Part shown: in pieces, positions 7,824-21,314 of the stretch | Layout: the number at the start of each line of letters is the position of its first letter | Numbering within the stretch: the first letter of the stretch is position 1 | IMG/VR virus record: IMGVR_UViG_3300035703_000247 | Location: 1 to 35,409 of that record | Reading direction: 5' to 3' (one strand) | DNA length: 35,409 nt | Origin: a virus | Lineage: Duplodnaviria; Caudoviricetes | Program-made: the position numbers and the translations under genes | The notes under the pieces: model-generated | The model's input: the letters and a program-made list of their open reading frames with translations, nothing else | Told to the model about the DNA's origin: nothing | The model's database searches: none

Positions 7824-8036
7824 GGAGGCCTGACATGACCGCCACTTACCAACCCAAGAGCTTGGTGGCTGCTGCCGCCCCCGAGCTACTGCACAGCGCC
7901 GTGGCCATCGTCAACACCATCGTCGGGCAGGCCCCGGTGATCACAGACAGCGGGATGATGCAGGTCTGGATCAGCATTGAAGAGCTGAATCTGTTGCGTG
8001 CCGCCATCGCCAAAGCAACGGAGGCCTGACATGACC
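7824..8036 (+). repeat. 17-bp direct repeat GGAGGCCTGACATGACC (7824-7840 and 8020-8036)
   Basis: Exact repeat comprising SD plus start, flanking the 64-aa ORF. Confidence 0.85.
7835..8029 (+). CDS. Hypothetical protein (AAAPELL...LRAAIAKAT family)
   Basis: 64 aa, GGAGG SD, motif common in phage early accessory genes. Confidence 0.75.
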   Translation: MTATYQPKSLVAAAAPELLHSAVAIVNTIVGQAPVITDSGMMQVWISIEELNLLRAAIAKATEA

Positions 8037-8675
8037 CGCTTTGTCGCCTACTACCGCGTGTCTACCGACCGCCAGGGCCAAAGCGGCCTTGGCCTGGAAG
8101 CCCAGCGCACCGCCGTCACCCAGCACATCGGCGCTGCCGAGCTGGTGGCTGAGTTCACCGAGGTCGAATCTGGCCGCAAGAATGACCGCGAGCAGCTCGC
8201 CCTGGCCCTGGCCGCAGCCAAGAAAGCCAAGGCCGTCCTGGTCATTGCCAAGCTAGACCGCCTCGCCCGCAATGTCCACTTCATCAGCGGCCTGCTGGAG
8301 TCTGGCGTGCCGTTTGTCTGTGCCGATATGCCCGAGGCAGACCGCACCTTCCTGCAGATGTCTGCAGTGTTCGCAGAGTGGGAAGCCCGCAAGATCTCCG
8401 AGCGCACCAAGGCCGCTCTGCAGGCCGCCAAGGCCCGTGGCGTGCGCCTGGGTAGCCCTGCCCCCACCAAGGGCAGCGAGGCTGGCATAGAGCGCATCCA
8501 GGCCCGTGCTGATGCTTTTGCCGCCCGTGTCCAGCCCATCATTGTCAGCATCCAGGCAGCAGGCGCTGCCACCCTGCGCGACATTGCCAGCGCCCTGTCT
8601 GCCCGTGGCATCCAGACTGCCCGTGGAAACACGGACTGGAAGCCCGCCCAAGTTGCCCGTCTGATTGCCCGTTAA
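8031..8675 (+). CDS. Serine recombinase (resolvase domain plus short recombinase-type DNA-binding tail)
   Basis: YYRVSTDRQ catalytic Ser motif, ESGR, KLDRLAR, EARKISERTK, and C-terminal LRDIASALSARGIQT...W. Start reassigned to the ATG at 8031 after GGAGG. Confidence 0.92.
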   Translation: MTRFVAYYRVSTDRQGQSGLGLEAQRTAVTQHIGAAELVAEFTEVESGRKNDREQLALALAAAKKAKAVLVIAKLDRLARNVHFISGLLESGVPFVCADMPEADRTFLQMSAVFAEWEARKISERTKAALQAAKARGVRLGSPAPTKGSEAGIERIQARADAFAARVQPIIVSIQAAGAATLRDIASALSARGIQTARGNTDWKPAQVARLIAR

Positions 8676-8689
8676 CCAAAGGAGAAACC

Positions 8690-8863
8690 ATGCAAACCAC
8701 GAAACGCTACCCCCGCACCATGGAAGAGGCTTTCGGCCCCGGCCACCGAGGAGGCATCTACGAACCTGCCCCCGAGTTCAGCCTTGCAGACAAGGTCATC
8801 CTGGGCCTGGGCGGCATCATCATGTTTGGCCTGCTGCTGGCCATCTTGCTGGGGGTCATCTAA
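8690..8863 (+). CDS. Small membrane protein, 57 aa (MQTTKRYPRTMEEAFG...)
   Basis: Translated by hand. AAGGAG SD and a C-terminal transmembrane helix. Confidence 0.7.
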   Translation: MQTTKRYPRTMEEAFGPGHRGGIYEPAPEFSLADKVILGLGGIIMFGLLLAILLGVI

Positions 8864-9078
8864 TGAGCCAGTCCCAGATGATCATGGAGATGCTCAAGCG
8901 CGGCCCGGTCACCGCCATGGATGCCCTGCAGGAAGCGAACTGCTTCCGGCTGGCAGCCCGCATTGCAGACCTGCGCCAGCAAGGCATTGAGATTGAGACC
9001 GAAACCGTCACCACCCCCACGGGCAAGCACATTGCCCAATACAAACTGAAGGAAAACCATGGCCGGGAAACTCACTGA
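8863..9078 (+). CDS. Small winged-helix DNA-binding protein
   Basis: MSQSQMIMEMLKRGPVTAMDA...FRLAARIADLRQQG...IAQYKL. Start reassigned from 8665 (TAATG coupling). Confidence 0.75.
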   Translation: MSQSQMIMEMLKRGPVTAMDALQEANCFRLAARIADLRQQGIEIETETVTTPTGKHIAQYKLKENHGRETH

Positions 9079-10015
9079 TGACCGCATGATGTCCGCGTCC
9101 CGCTTGCCGGGACTGCTGGGCTATAGCAAGTACAGCCGCCCTAATGATGAGCTGCAGTTCAGCATCAATGCCATTGACGGCAAGCCCCGCGAGGACATCG
9201 GCAATGAGGCCATGGCCTGGGGCAACACTCTGGAGCCAGTGGTGCTGACCGAGGCCTGCAAGCGCCTGGGCATTGAGCAGTTCGATACGGACATTGACAA
9301 GCCCTACCGCAGCCAAGCATGGCCCCTGCAGTGCAGCTTGGACGGCATTGCACAGGGAAGCGGCCAAACCGTGGTCAGCGACAGTGATCTGGGCATCTAC
9401 GTTGTCGGCCAGGACAGCATCGTGCTGGATGGCCCCGGCGTGCTGGAGGCTAAGGTAACCAAGACCTACCCGGAAGACACGCCCGACCTAGCGCGAGGCC
9501 CTATCCAGCTCCAGGGCCAGCTCCTGGTGACGGGCTACAAATGGGGAGCCGTCTGCGTGCTGTATCAGGGCATTGAGATGCGGGTCTTTCTGTTCGCTCG
9601 GCATGACCATACCCAGGCCAGGATCATTGCGGCGGTCAATGACTTTGAGAGCAGGCTGGAGACCTACCGCCAGACGGGCGGCATTGAGTGGTACGAACCC
9701 GAGACCAGCGAGGACATGGACAGGGTTTACCCCACGCCTGTCGAAAGCAAGGAGGTCGAGCTGCCTGAGGCTGCGGCTACCTGGGCGCAGCGCATCCTGG
9801 ATGCCAAGGCCGCCATGCGTGAAGCCAAGGACGATATCGAAGAGGCCGAGTTGGAGCTGAAAAAATTACTTAAGCAAGCTCAGTCTGGCAGGGCTGGCAA
9901 CCTGCTGATCCAGTGGCCCATGCGCCACTACTCTGCCCAGGCCGAGCGGCTGGTGCCCGCCAAGGAGGCATACAGCACCCGTCAATCCACGCTGAAGATC
10001 AAGGAGATCAAATGA
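9059..10015 (+). CDS. YqaJ/lambda-exonuclease family recombination nuclease
   Basis: SAS...WGNTLEP, CSLDG, VLEAKVT, IQLQGQL motifs; adjacent to an annealase. Confidence 0.88.
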   Translation: MAGKLTDDRMMSASRLPGLLGYSKYSRPNDELQFSINAIDGKPREDIGNEAMAWGNTLEPVVLTEACKRLGIEQFDTDIDKPYRSQAWPLQCSLDGIAQGSGQTVVSDSDLGIYVVGQDSIVLDGPGVLEAKVTKTYPEDTPDLARGPIQLQGQLLVTGYKWGAVCVLYQGIEMRVFLFARHDHTQARIIAAVNDFESRLETYRQTGGIEWYEPETSEDMDRVYPTPVESKEVELPEAAATWAQRILDAKAAMREAKDDIEEAELELKKLLKQAQSGRAGNLLIQWPMRHYSAQAERLVPAKEAYSTRQSTLKIKEIK

Positions 10016-10971
10016 CACAGCTTGCCGTCAACCGCCAGGGCTTTGCCCCGGCCACCATCACCGAGGCCATGGAGTTCAGCAAGATGCTGGCCGACAGCTC
10101 CATGGTTCCCCGTGCCTACCAAGGCAAGCCCCAGGACATCATGGTCTGTGTGCAATGGGGTTATGAGATTGGCCTTGCCCCCATGCAGGCGCTGCAGAAC
10201 ATTGCCGTAATCAACGGCAAGCCCAGCGTCTACGGGGATGCAGCCATGGCCCTGGTGCAGGCCAGCCCCGTCTGCGATGGGGTCGAGGAGTACATGGAAG
10301 GCGAGGGCACGCCCAACCCCGTGGCCGTCTGCGTTGCCCACCGCAAGGGGCGCAAGCCAGTGACCGCCAAATTCTCCGTCGAGGATGCCAAGCGGGCAGG
10401 CCTGTGGGGCAAGCAGGGGCCGTGGCAGGCCTACCCCAAGCGGATGCTGGCCATGCGTGCCCGTGGCTTTGCCTTGCGGGATGCCTTCCCGGATGTACTC
10501 AAGGGCTTGATCACCGCCGAGGAGGCGCAGGACTTCCCGGATGAAGCCAAGCCCAAGGCAGCACGCAACCCGCTGGATGCCTTGGCCCCGCCCGCAGCGC
10601 CCGAGGTGTTGGAGGTGGTGCAGGTGCAGGAGCCTGAGCCTGTCGAGCTTGTCGAGGAGGTGGCCGAGGTGGCCGAGGTGGCCGAGGTAGTGGAGGCCGA
10701 TCCCCAGGCTGGAGGCTTTGCCATCATGGTGCCCGGCAAGGATCAGCCGTTCAGCACGCACCAGACCCTAGAGCAGTGGGCCGAGGCGTATGAGGCGCTT
10801 GCCGAGAAGATGGCCAACACCTCCAAACTGCCAGCCCGTGAGCGCATGACCAAGCTGCGGGAGCTGAAGGATCTGAACAAGGAGACACTGGAAAAAATTG
10901 ACACCGTAGCTAGGCTCAAGCACACAGCGTCATACCAAAAGCGAATCCGTGCGCTTGGCGCAGCACAGTGA
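10012..10971 (+). CDS. RecT-like single-strand annealing recombinase
   Basis: VPRAYQGKP, GYEIGLAPMQALQNIAVINGKP, W..YPKRML..RA..FALRDAFPDVLKG. Start at ATG 10012 with AAGGAG SD. Confidence 0.85.
   Translation: MTQLAVNRQGFAPATITEAMEFSKMLADSSMVPRAYQGKPQDIMVCVQWGYEIGLAPMQALQNIAVINGKPSVYGDAAMALVQASPVCDGVEEYMEGEGTPNPVAVCVAHRKGRKPVTAKFSVEDAKRAGLWGKQGPWQAYPKRMLAMRARGFALRDAFPDVLKGLITAEEAQDFPDEAKPKAARNPLDALAPPAAPEVLEVVQVQEPEPVELVEEVAEVAEVAEVVEADPQAGGFAIMVPGKDQPFSTHQTLEQWAEAYEALAEKMANTSKLPARERMTKLRELKDLNKETLEKIDTVARLKHTASYQKRIRALGAAQ
10657..10688 (+). repeat. In-frame 9-bp tandem repeat (GAGGTGGCC) x3.5 encoding EVA
   Basis: Seen directly in the acidic linker of the annealase. Confidence 0.85.
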
Positions 10972-10997
10972 AAAAAGCCCCGGCACGAAGCCGGGGC
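10971..10997 (-). terminator. Rho-independent terminator ending the leftward late/lysis transcript
   Basis: On the minus strand GCCCCGGC-ttcgt-GCCGGGGC followed by T6; lies where the two operons converge. Confidence 0.85.
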
Positions 10998-11044
10998 CAA
11001 TCATGGGCGGGGTTACCGGGAGATACGGGCCGCTGGTTCCATGA

Positions 11045-11650
11045 TCATGCAAGCACCTCAAGCGCGTGCGTGATGTGCTTAATGCGGTCATCCAGGCCGA
11101 TCACACCGCCATTGATCTTCTTAGTCATGGCGGTGTAGTCTTTGGCATCGGCCTCTTTGTTCAGGCTGCGCTTGTTCCAGTACCAGCCAGCCGTCAGGGC
11201 TGCGTACTTGGGAACCAGCACATAGTCAGGGGAATGGATGAAGTCCTGGCCCAGGGCATCGGAGGCCAGCATATAGTTGTCCTTGCCCGTGAGCTGGATC
11301 AGGCCACGCCCGTGGTACAGCCAGCCGTCGCCAGTCTCCTCCGGGCCGTTGCCCATGCGGCCACCATAGACCTTGTTGGCAATCTTCTCAGGGTTGCGGT
11401 GGTAGGGCTTGGCAGCCTCCAGCGTAGGGAAGCGGCTGGGCCACACCTTCATCAGGCTTTCTGCGCTGTAGTTCAGGTTCTCTTCCAGAGTCTTGAAGTT
11501 GCCAGATTCGTGGGCGCACTGGCCAATGAAGGCAGCCTGCCGCTCAGGGGTGTTGATCTCATAGCGGTGGAACACCTCGGCCAGAGGCTCGGCCCAGACC
11601 GGGTCGATCTTCAGCTTGGTCAGGGCTTCTGTCAGAGCAAGGATGGTCAT
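11045..11650 (-). CDS. Endolysin, glycoside hydrolase family 19
   Basis: AAFIGQCAHESGNF, EENLNYSA, YHGRGLIQLTGKDNY, TKKINGG. Confidence 0.92.
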   Translation of the reverse strand: MTILALTEALTKLKIDPVWAEPLAEVFHRYEINTPERQAAFIGQCAHESGNFKTLEENLNYSAESLMKVWPSRFPTLEAAKPYHRNPEKIANKVYGGRMGNGPEETGDGWLYHGRGLIQLTGKDNYMLASDALGQDFIHSPDYVLVPKYAALTAGWYWNKRSLNKEADAKDYTAMTKKINGGVIGLDDRIKHITHALEVLA

Positions 11651-12057
11651 TTCTTAGCCTTCATATCCATGATCTTTTCCAGGGTGCGGCCACCAAAGTA
11701 GAACGACATAATGAGCATACCCCACTGCCCGAGCAGTTGGACATAGCTTTCATTGGTGTCCTTGCCAAAGGCGCTCATCATGGCAAATGTGAAGTAGCCA
11801 GCCAGGATGAAGATCAGCGTCATGGGCCGGATGTTCTTGGACAGCCAGGAGTCGCTGCCCATGTCAGCCTTGAGACGGTCGGTCAGGTTGTTCTGCTCGG
11901 TCTCAAACAGCTTGGTGTCGTTGGCCAACTTGGCCAGTTCACCTTCCTGCGCCAGCTTGGCAAGCTCTGCCTGGGCCTTGGCCTTGGCTTCCGGGTCAGG
12001 GATGAGCTTGTCTACTAGCTTGCCGCCAACTTCCAACAGTGCGCCTAGAGGTAGCAT
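11647..12057 (-). CDS. Holin (3TM/GTA-type holin family)
   Basis: DKLIPDP...DSWLSKNIRP...FYFGGRTLEK with hydrophobic helices; next to the endolysin. Confidence 0.8.
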   Translation of the reverse strand: MLPLGALLEVGGKLVDKLIPDPEAKAKAQAELAKLAQEGELAKLANDTKLFETEQNNLTDRLKADMGSDSWLSKNIRPMTLIFILAGYFTFAMMSAFGKDTNESYVQLLGQWGMLIMSFYFGGRTLEKIMDMKAKK

Positions 12058-12059
12058 GA

Positions 12060-12368
12060 TTACTCCTTCTTCTCTTCAGGTTTCGGCTCAGGCTCAGGCT
12101 CGGCAGGCTCCTCAGGCGGGGCCTTGCTATTCAAGATGTCCTTGCCCTTGATGGCCAGCAGAGTGGCCAGCGATCCCAGGATGTACTTGCTCATGTCCGA
12201 CAGCAGAAAGAAGAACTGCTTATCGGCAGGGGCAATGCCACTCATGGGCTGGGTCACGAACACCAGCGAGTAGAGCGAAAAGAAGACCATGCCCATCACG
12301 GTCAGGGCAAACACAATCCCGATGATGAACCGCAGGATGGAGTCCAGTTGCTCAGGGCTATATCTCAT
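12060..12368 (-). CDS. Two-TM membrane protein of the lysis module
   Basis: Two hydrophobic segments and an acidic, Pro-rich tail. Confidence 0.7.
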   Translation of the reverse strand: MRYSPEQLDSILRFIIGIVFALTVMGMVFFSLYSLVFVTQPMSGIAPADKQFFFLLSDMSKYILGSLATLLAIKGKDILNSKAPPEEPAEPEPEPKPEEKKE

Positions 12369-12550
12369 TTCTCATTCTCCATCTTCATGTCGGTGGGCTT
12401 GTTGAGCTGGTCAGGACAGACACCATTGATGGCACACATCGGGCGCACACAGTCAGCACGCTCCCAGTGCTTGGGGTTCTGGCATTCATAGCGGAACCGC
12501 TCCTCGCACCCGGCCAGTAGGAAGGCAGTGGCAAGCAGGAGATACTTCAC
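12365..12550 (-). CDS. Small lipoprotein, possible outer-membrane spanin
   Basis: Signal peptide with lipobox LLAGC; Cys-rich mature part. Confidence 0.7.
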   Translation of the reverse strand: MKYLLLATAFLLAGCEERFRYECQNPKHWERADCVRPMCAINGVCPDQLNKPTDMKMENEK

Positions 12551-13011
12551 GATGTAGCCTGTCTGATAATGAGGACAATCAGCACACCAAAGATGATCAC
12601 GACAATGGTGCCACCGATGATCTGCGCGTAGAAGATGCGCTGCTTGACAAGGTTGCGCCTAGCGATCTTGGCATCACGCTCTGCCTTCTCGCGGGCCTGC
12701 CGGATTTTCATGCGCTCAATGAGCATCTGCTCCCAGAGTTCTGGGTAGCCGCCATACACCAGTTGGTGCTTGAGCTGCTCCTCGGCCTCGCGCAAGGCGT
12801 TGGCCTGCATGACGATCTCCATGGCTTTCCCCGTGTCGGACTGGCCCTTCTTGGCGCTGTCGTTGGCGGCTTTCTGGACAACGTCTTTAGCGTCAAAAAA
12901 TTTTCCGAACTCTCCAACCAAGCCGTTGATGTCTTTGCCCAGCTTGATAGCCTTCTGAATCCCGGCCACCGCTGCCTGGGCCGTAGCGAACGCGGTGATC
13001 GGGTCGATCAT
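12547..13011 (-). CDS. Conserved phage protein with coiled coil and C-terminal TM helix
   Basis: MIDPITAFATAQAA...; C-terminal hydrophobic helix. Confidence 0.8.
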   Translation of the reverse strand: MIDPITAFATAQAAVAGIQKAIKLGKDINGLVGEFGKFFDAKDVVQKAANDSAKKGQSDTGKAMEIVMQANALREAEEQLKHQLVYGGYPELWEQMLIERMKIRQAREKAERDAKIARRNLVKQRIFYAQIIGGTIVVIIFGVLIVLIIRQATS

Positions 13012-13012
13012 G

Positions 13013-13246
13013 TCAGCTACCCTTAAAATGGCCTGCCGCCCAGGTCACAACAGCACCGACCATGCTGGCGATAGTCATGCCCATCCAGAAGCCACCGCGC
13101 CCCTTGTTGGCAAGGGCGACAAGGTCCTCAAGCTGGCGCTCCATCTTGTCCAGCTTCTTGTCGATAACCTCAAAGCGGCGCTCGTAATCCTGCACGCGCT
13201 GCCACATAGCCCCGTACTTTATGGGGTCGATCTCAGTCGGCTCCAC
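13013..13246 (-). CDS. Small coiled-coil plus TM protein (XhlA/holin-like)
   Basis: DKKLDKMERQLEDL...ANKGRGGFW followed by a TM helix; AAGGAG SD. Confidence 0.7.
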   Translation of the reverse strand: MEPTEIDPIKYGAMWQRVQDYERRFEVIDKKLDKMERQLEDLVALANKGRGGFWMGMTIASMVGAVVTWAAGHFKGS

Positions 13247-13257
13247 GGTCTACTCCT

Positions 13258-13785
13258 TTATTTAGGCCAGTTAAGTTGCAGCGCAGCAAGTTGCTCGACA
13301 GTAGTGCAAGCCTTGATGGCGGTCTCATTCGCATCAGACGCAGCGCGAATTGCAGCGCGTGCGGCTAGCGTGTCAGCGTCCACAGCCTTCACGCCCTCGG
13401 CAGCACGGGTCACCTTCCAGTCGCTAGGAGCGAGCAGGCTGGCAGCGGTGGCTTTGACCTGGGCGACGAATTGGGACTTCAGCCCCTTGGTGACCAGACG
13501 CTCGGTGCTGTCAACCATTGCAGGCTTGCCGTCAACTTCGCCCAGCACCTTGACGTAGAGAGGATTGCCGTCTGCGTCAGATTCCTCACGGTCTTCTAGC
13601 AGCTTAGGCACGCCGGGTGCCCAGTAGAAGCGATCGTCATACCGCTCGGGGTCGGCCACCTCGGTGATGCCAATGGCAGCGCGCTCTTCGGGGCTGGCAA
13701 GGCGCAGCCAGTTGGCCGGGTACTGGATGTCGGCGTGCGTGAAGGGCACATCCAGGCCGAGGGGTTTGTTGTCGAGCATGAACAT
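13258..13785 (-). CDS. Tail-fibre-associated or assembly chaperone-like protein
   Basis: QYPANWLRL...DDRFYW...LLAPSDWKVTR...RAAIRAAS pattern; follows the receptor-binding genes. Confidence 0.65.
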   Translation of the reverse strand: MFMLDNKPLGLDVPFTHADIQYPANWLRLASPEERAAIGITEVADPERYDDRFYWAPGVPKLLEDREESDADGNPLYVKVLGEVDGKPAMVDSTERLVTKGLKSQFVAQVKATAASLLAPSDWKVTRAAEGVKAVDADTLAARAAIRAASDANETAIKACTTVEQLAALQLNWPK

Positions 13786-13788
13786 GGG

Positions 13789-14298
13789 TTACCTCGCTAA
13801 ATAGAACGATGCGGCGGTCAGCCTATTGGGATTATCTTTGAAGTAGCCAAGGCCGCGATTGCACAGATCGCACAACAGGCCGCGCACATTGCCAGTCAGG
13901 TGATTGTGATCAACGTGCATATCACCAACCTCCTGGCCGAACTGATAACCACAGATGGCGCAACAGCCGTTCTGATTTGCCAGCATCGCCGCCTTCTGCT
14001 CAGGTTCCAGGCCGTACTTGAATCGGTCGTAACACTCGCGCTGGTATCGCTTGTTTTCCGGGTGGCTCTTGTCAGACAGTCCATGCTTAAACCTGCCGCT
14101 GTTCTTGCCGGTATACCGCGCCATGCACCCGCATGATTTCGTGTGGCCGTTGCGAAGGCACCCGGTTCTGGCGATGCTTTCATTGCCGCAGTCGCAGATG
14201 CAGCGATAGGTGTATTGGCCCGCCGGAGTCTTGCTGTGGCGATCCAGCACAGTCAGCTTGCCAAACCTTTGTCCAATGAGGTCGAGTGCTTTAGGCAT
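13789..14298 (-). CDS. Free-standing homing-type endonuclease (CDCG N-terminal domain plus endonuclease VII-type His-Me domain)
   Basis: LIGQRFGKLTV...CICDCG...TKSCGC, then KYGL...QNGCCAIC...HVDHNH.TGNVRGLLCDLCNRGLG.FKD. Confidence 0.88.
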   Translation of the reverse strand: MPKALDLIGQRFGKLTVLDRHSKTPAGQYTYRCICDCGNESIARTGCLRNGHTKSCGCMARYTGKNSGRFKHGLSDKSHPENKRYQRECYDRFKYGLEPEQKAAMLANQNGCCAICGYQFGQEVGDMHVDHNHLTGNVRGLLCDLCNRGLGYFKDNPNRLTAASFYLAR

Positions 14299-14301
14299 AG
14301 G

Positions 14302-18380
<4,079 letters not shown>

Positions 18381-21314
18381 TTATCTAGCTCCTTTGCCAA
18401 ACTCGGCAAGTCTGTTCGCTTTTTCTGTGATTCGCTCTTTGATGGCTGGGCCGTAGGTCGGGTCTTCCAGCAGCATCTTGCGGGCAACCTCAAACACATC
18501 ACCGAAGACCTTGCTCACCACGTTCTGGTTGGTGTACACGGATGTGCCGCCCTTGCCCTGCTCAATTACCTTAAGCGCAGCCAGCACCTGATTCTCCAGT
18601 TGCAGCTTGGGGCCGTTGGCGATCCGCAGCATCTCGTTGTACTCTTCAGCCGTCAGTTGCGTGTCAGTCGTGATGGCTTCCTTGCCAACCTGCACAGGCA
18701 TACTCACCTTTCGGGCAGGCATGGAGATGTTGGCATTGAGCTGGATCAGCCCCTGGTCAACCTCCCGCATCTTGCCCTCTTTCATCCGCAGCGGTGACCA
18801 TGTGTACTCATGCTCAATCGGTTCGCTCCAGATGTTGAGCAGCGGAGGCAGGCCCTCTGACAGCCCAGGCGTGTTGGCCTTCCACTTGTTGAGCGCGTCC
18901 ATGACACCCTTGAGACCAGCGGGCGCATTGGGGTTCATCTGGTAGTCGCGGCGCAGGGGATCGACCTGCTCTTTCACCGAAGTGAAAGCCCTGCTCAATG
19001 GCTGAACCGCCTTAATGCCAGAGGTAGTTGCAAACTCAGCCAGACCGTTAATGGTCTTGATCAGTTGCTGACGGCTGTTAGGAGACTGCCCGCCCAGCAG
19101 CGAGTTCATGGTAGCGATGCCCTGCAGGAACGGGCTTTCCAGAATGTAGTTGCCCAGGCCGAAGATGGCCCCCCCAATGTAAGCATTGAGACGGCTATCG
19201 TCCTGCTCGTATCTGGCGTAATCCGTGTAATCGGCGGCCATGGCGATCAAAGCGCCGACAGGCTCAAGACCTTGATAGCTGATGAACACCTTGCCAGCGT
19301 AGTCGCCAGAGCCAAAGCGCACATTGGTCGGGAACTTGGACAGTGCCTGTCGCACTTCTTCATCCGAGCCGTCAAAATCCAGCACGATGCTGTACGGCTG
19401 CCAGCCCTGACGGATCATGGCCTCACGGGTACCTTTCTCGCCAGGGCCAGAACCAGTAAAAATATTGCTACTGGACATTTCCGCAAAGCTATACATGGCC
19501 GCAGCGCCAAGGCCGACCTTGGTGAAAGCCATATCCGCTTCTTTGCCACCCTGTGAGACAGCCTGACGGAAGCCTGAAGTAAATGGAGCAAATGGCGTGC
19601 GTTGAACAGCTTGGCTCATCACGTTCACCGGGGTAGAGATGAACGGGACGATCATCCTTAGCGCCAGTTTCATTGGCGTATTAGGAGTCGCATCTGCCTG
19701 AAGTTTGCCAATCGCCCCCTCTAGCTTCTGGGTAAATGTCCCAATCTCAGCAAGCTGCTGAATGTGTTCAGGAGGCTGGAGCATGAACTGGTCAACAGCA
19801 TTGGCACGTTCTACCGCAGCTTCTGCCGCCGTTTTCCCAGCCTTTAGGGCATCGTCATACGCCACAATTCCTGTTCTTGTGGCTTCTGCCGTCAACTCAA
19901 AGGTGTAGTTCAGTCCTTTAAAAAACTCGTCTGCCGTCATCAAGGCGCGGCCAGGAAGAGTAAATACTGTGTTTAGTGCCTTGATGCCCAGCGCATATGG
20001 AGAATCTGCTCGGTAGTTAAACAGATCCATCCGGGCTTGCTGGCGAGCAATTTTCCCAGGATCAGTCCAGCCTTTAGGAACACCGTTCACAAAAGCGTGT
20101 GACATGAGCTGCCAGCCATTACGGATGGCAGTCGGTGTCGCAACCAGCATAGCAGGCAGCTCTGCGAATTCATACACATCGTCAGAGCCAATGCCGACAG
20201 CTCTACGCACACCACCTAAAGTCGCCGCACCAACACGCTCTGCTGCGCGAGGGAGAAAGAAAACTGTATTAGATAAAGCGTTCTTAACGTGCGAGCCAGC
20301 GCCTGCCAACATACCGTTAACATATACGCCGAACATCTTCTCCCAGACGTTGCCCTGAGCCATGCTGCGAATCAGGTCAGCCTTGCCCTGCGGAGTTTTC
20401 ACATCCAGGTAGGCCTGAGCGAACTTGGTCAGATCAGTCTGGTTGCCAAACTGCTCCAGGATCTGCATGACCTCCTTGGTCGTGCCGCGAGGCATACGCA
20501 TCACGGCCAGCGACTGGGCAATGTTGGTCTGGTAGTTCTTAATGCTCTGCTGCAGGTAGTTGCTAAAAGCAACCGCCTGGGTTGCCTCGGCCAGTTCCGT
20601 GGGCGTAGCCGAGCCATCAGCCACTTTGGCCAGCAGGCCGTCCAGGTGCTGCATGATCCCGACCTGGGCCTTGCCCGCCAGGATCACATTCTCAGGCGAG
20701 ACTTTTAACTTTCCAGAAGTGACATCCTGAATGAACTTAGCACCAAAACCAGCAGCCTCGGCGGCCTCTTCCCAGCCTTTAAACGTACCACGGGGAGTCT
20801 GGACACGTTCGGCCAGCGCCATCATGGTCTGCTTGACCGATTCGTCGGTGTCCATCAACGGCATATTGAATGCCGTTTCCGGGGGTTTCTCGCCAGTACG
20901 GGCAGCCATGCCGGGCTTCTCGGCAACCACCTGCTGTGGCGTAGGAGCAACAGCCTTGGCCTGCTCTACTTGGCCAGCCACCCGCGCAGCTTCCGGTGAC
21001 GCAACACCAGTCTGGGCGGCAGCCTTTTGCAATTCGGTGATCTCTTGGGCTTTGGCGGCCTCGGGTGTAAGCGGCGCGGGAGCAGGCCGGATGTCCTGGC
21101 CTTTGATGCGGCGCAGCACCTCGCCAATGACCTCCATGCGGCCACCAGCGATCTGCACGCCGTCAGCCATCTGGACTTCAGGCGGGATCTCGGGGACTGT
21201 GGCGGCTTCTAGCTGGTCGTTCTGCGGGGCGGTGCCCAGCTCGACCCGTTGCTCCAGGTCGGCAGCGTCCTGATTGAGCTGATCCAGCCGCTGATCAAGG
21301 GGACGGACTGCCAT
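18381..21314 (-). CDS. Large internal virion (ejection) protein
   Basis: 977 aa, helical and Ala/Gly-rich; GSGP...GWQPYS motif; position matches podovirus gp16-like proteins. Confidence 0.75.
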   Translation of the reverse strand: MAVRPLDQRLDQLNQDAADLEQRVELGTAPQNDQLEAATVPEIPPEVQMADGVQIAGGRMEVIGEVLRRIKGQDIRPAPAPLTPEAAKAQEITELQKAAAQTGVASPEAARVAGQVEQAKAVAPTPQQVVAEKPGMAARTGEKPPETAFNMPLMDTDESVKQTMMALAERVQTPRGTFKGWEEAAEAAGFGAKFIQDVTSGKLKVSPENVILAGKAQVGIMQHLDGLLAKVADGSATPTELAEATQAVAFSNYLQQSIKNYQTNIAQSLAVMRMPRGTTKEVMQILEQFGNQTDLTKFAQAYLDVKTPQGKADLIRSMAQGNVWEKMFGVYVNGMLAGAGSHVKNALSNTVFFLPRAAERVGAATLGGVRRAVGIGSDDVYEFAELPAMLVATPTAIRNGWQLMSHAFVNGVPKGWTDPGKIARQQARMDLFNYRADSPYALGIKALNTVFTLPGRALMTADEFFKGLNYTFELTAEATRTGIVAYDDALKAGKTAAEAAVERANAVDQFMLQPPEHIQQLAEIGTFTQKLEGAIGKLQADATPNTPMKLALRMIVPFISTPVNVMSQAVQRTPFAPFTSGFRQAVSQGGKEADMAFTKVGLGAAAMYSFAEMSSSNIFTGSGPGEKGTREAMIRQGWQPYSIVLDFDGSDEEVRQALSKFPTNVRFGSGDYAGKVFISYQGLEPVGALIAMAADYTDYARYEQDDSRLNAYIGGAIFGLGNYILESPFLQGIATMNSLLGGQSPNSRQQLIKTINGLAEFATTSGIKAVQPLSRAFTSVKEQVDPLRRDYQMNPNAPAGLKGVMDALNKWKANTPGLSEGLPPLLNIWSEPIEHEYTWSPLRMKEGKMREVDQGLIQLNANISMPARKVSMPVQVGKEAITTDTQLTAEEYNEMLRIANGPKLQLENQVLAALKVIEQGKGGTSVYTNQNVVSKVFGDVFEVARKMLLEDPTYGPAIKERITEKANRLAEFGKGAR

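Noticed and set aside
10657-10688. 9-bp tandem repeat as a phase-variation switch
   Set aside because: The unit is a multiple of three in a low-complexity linker, so copy changes would not shift the frame.
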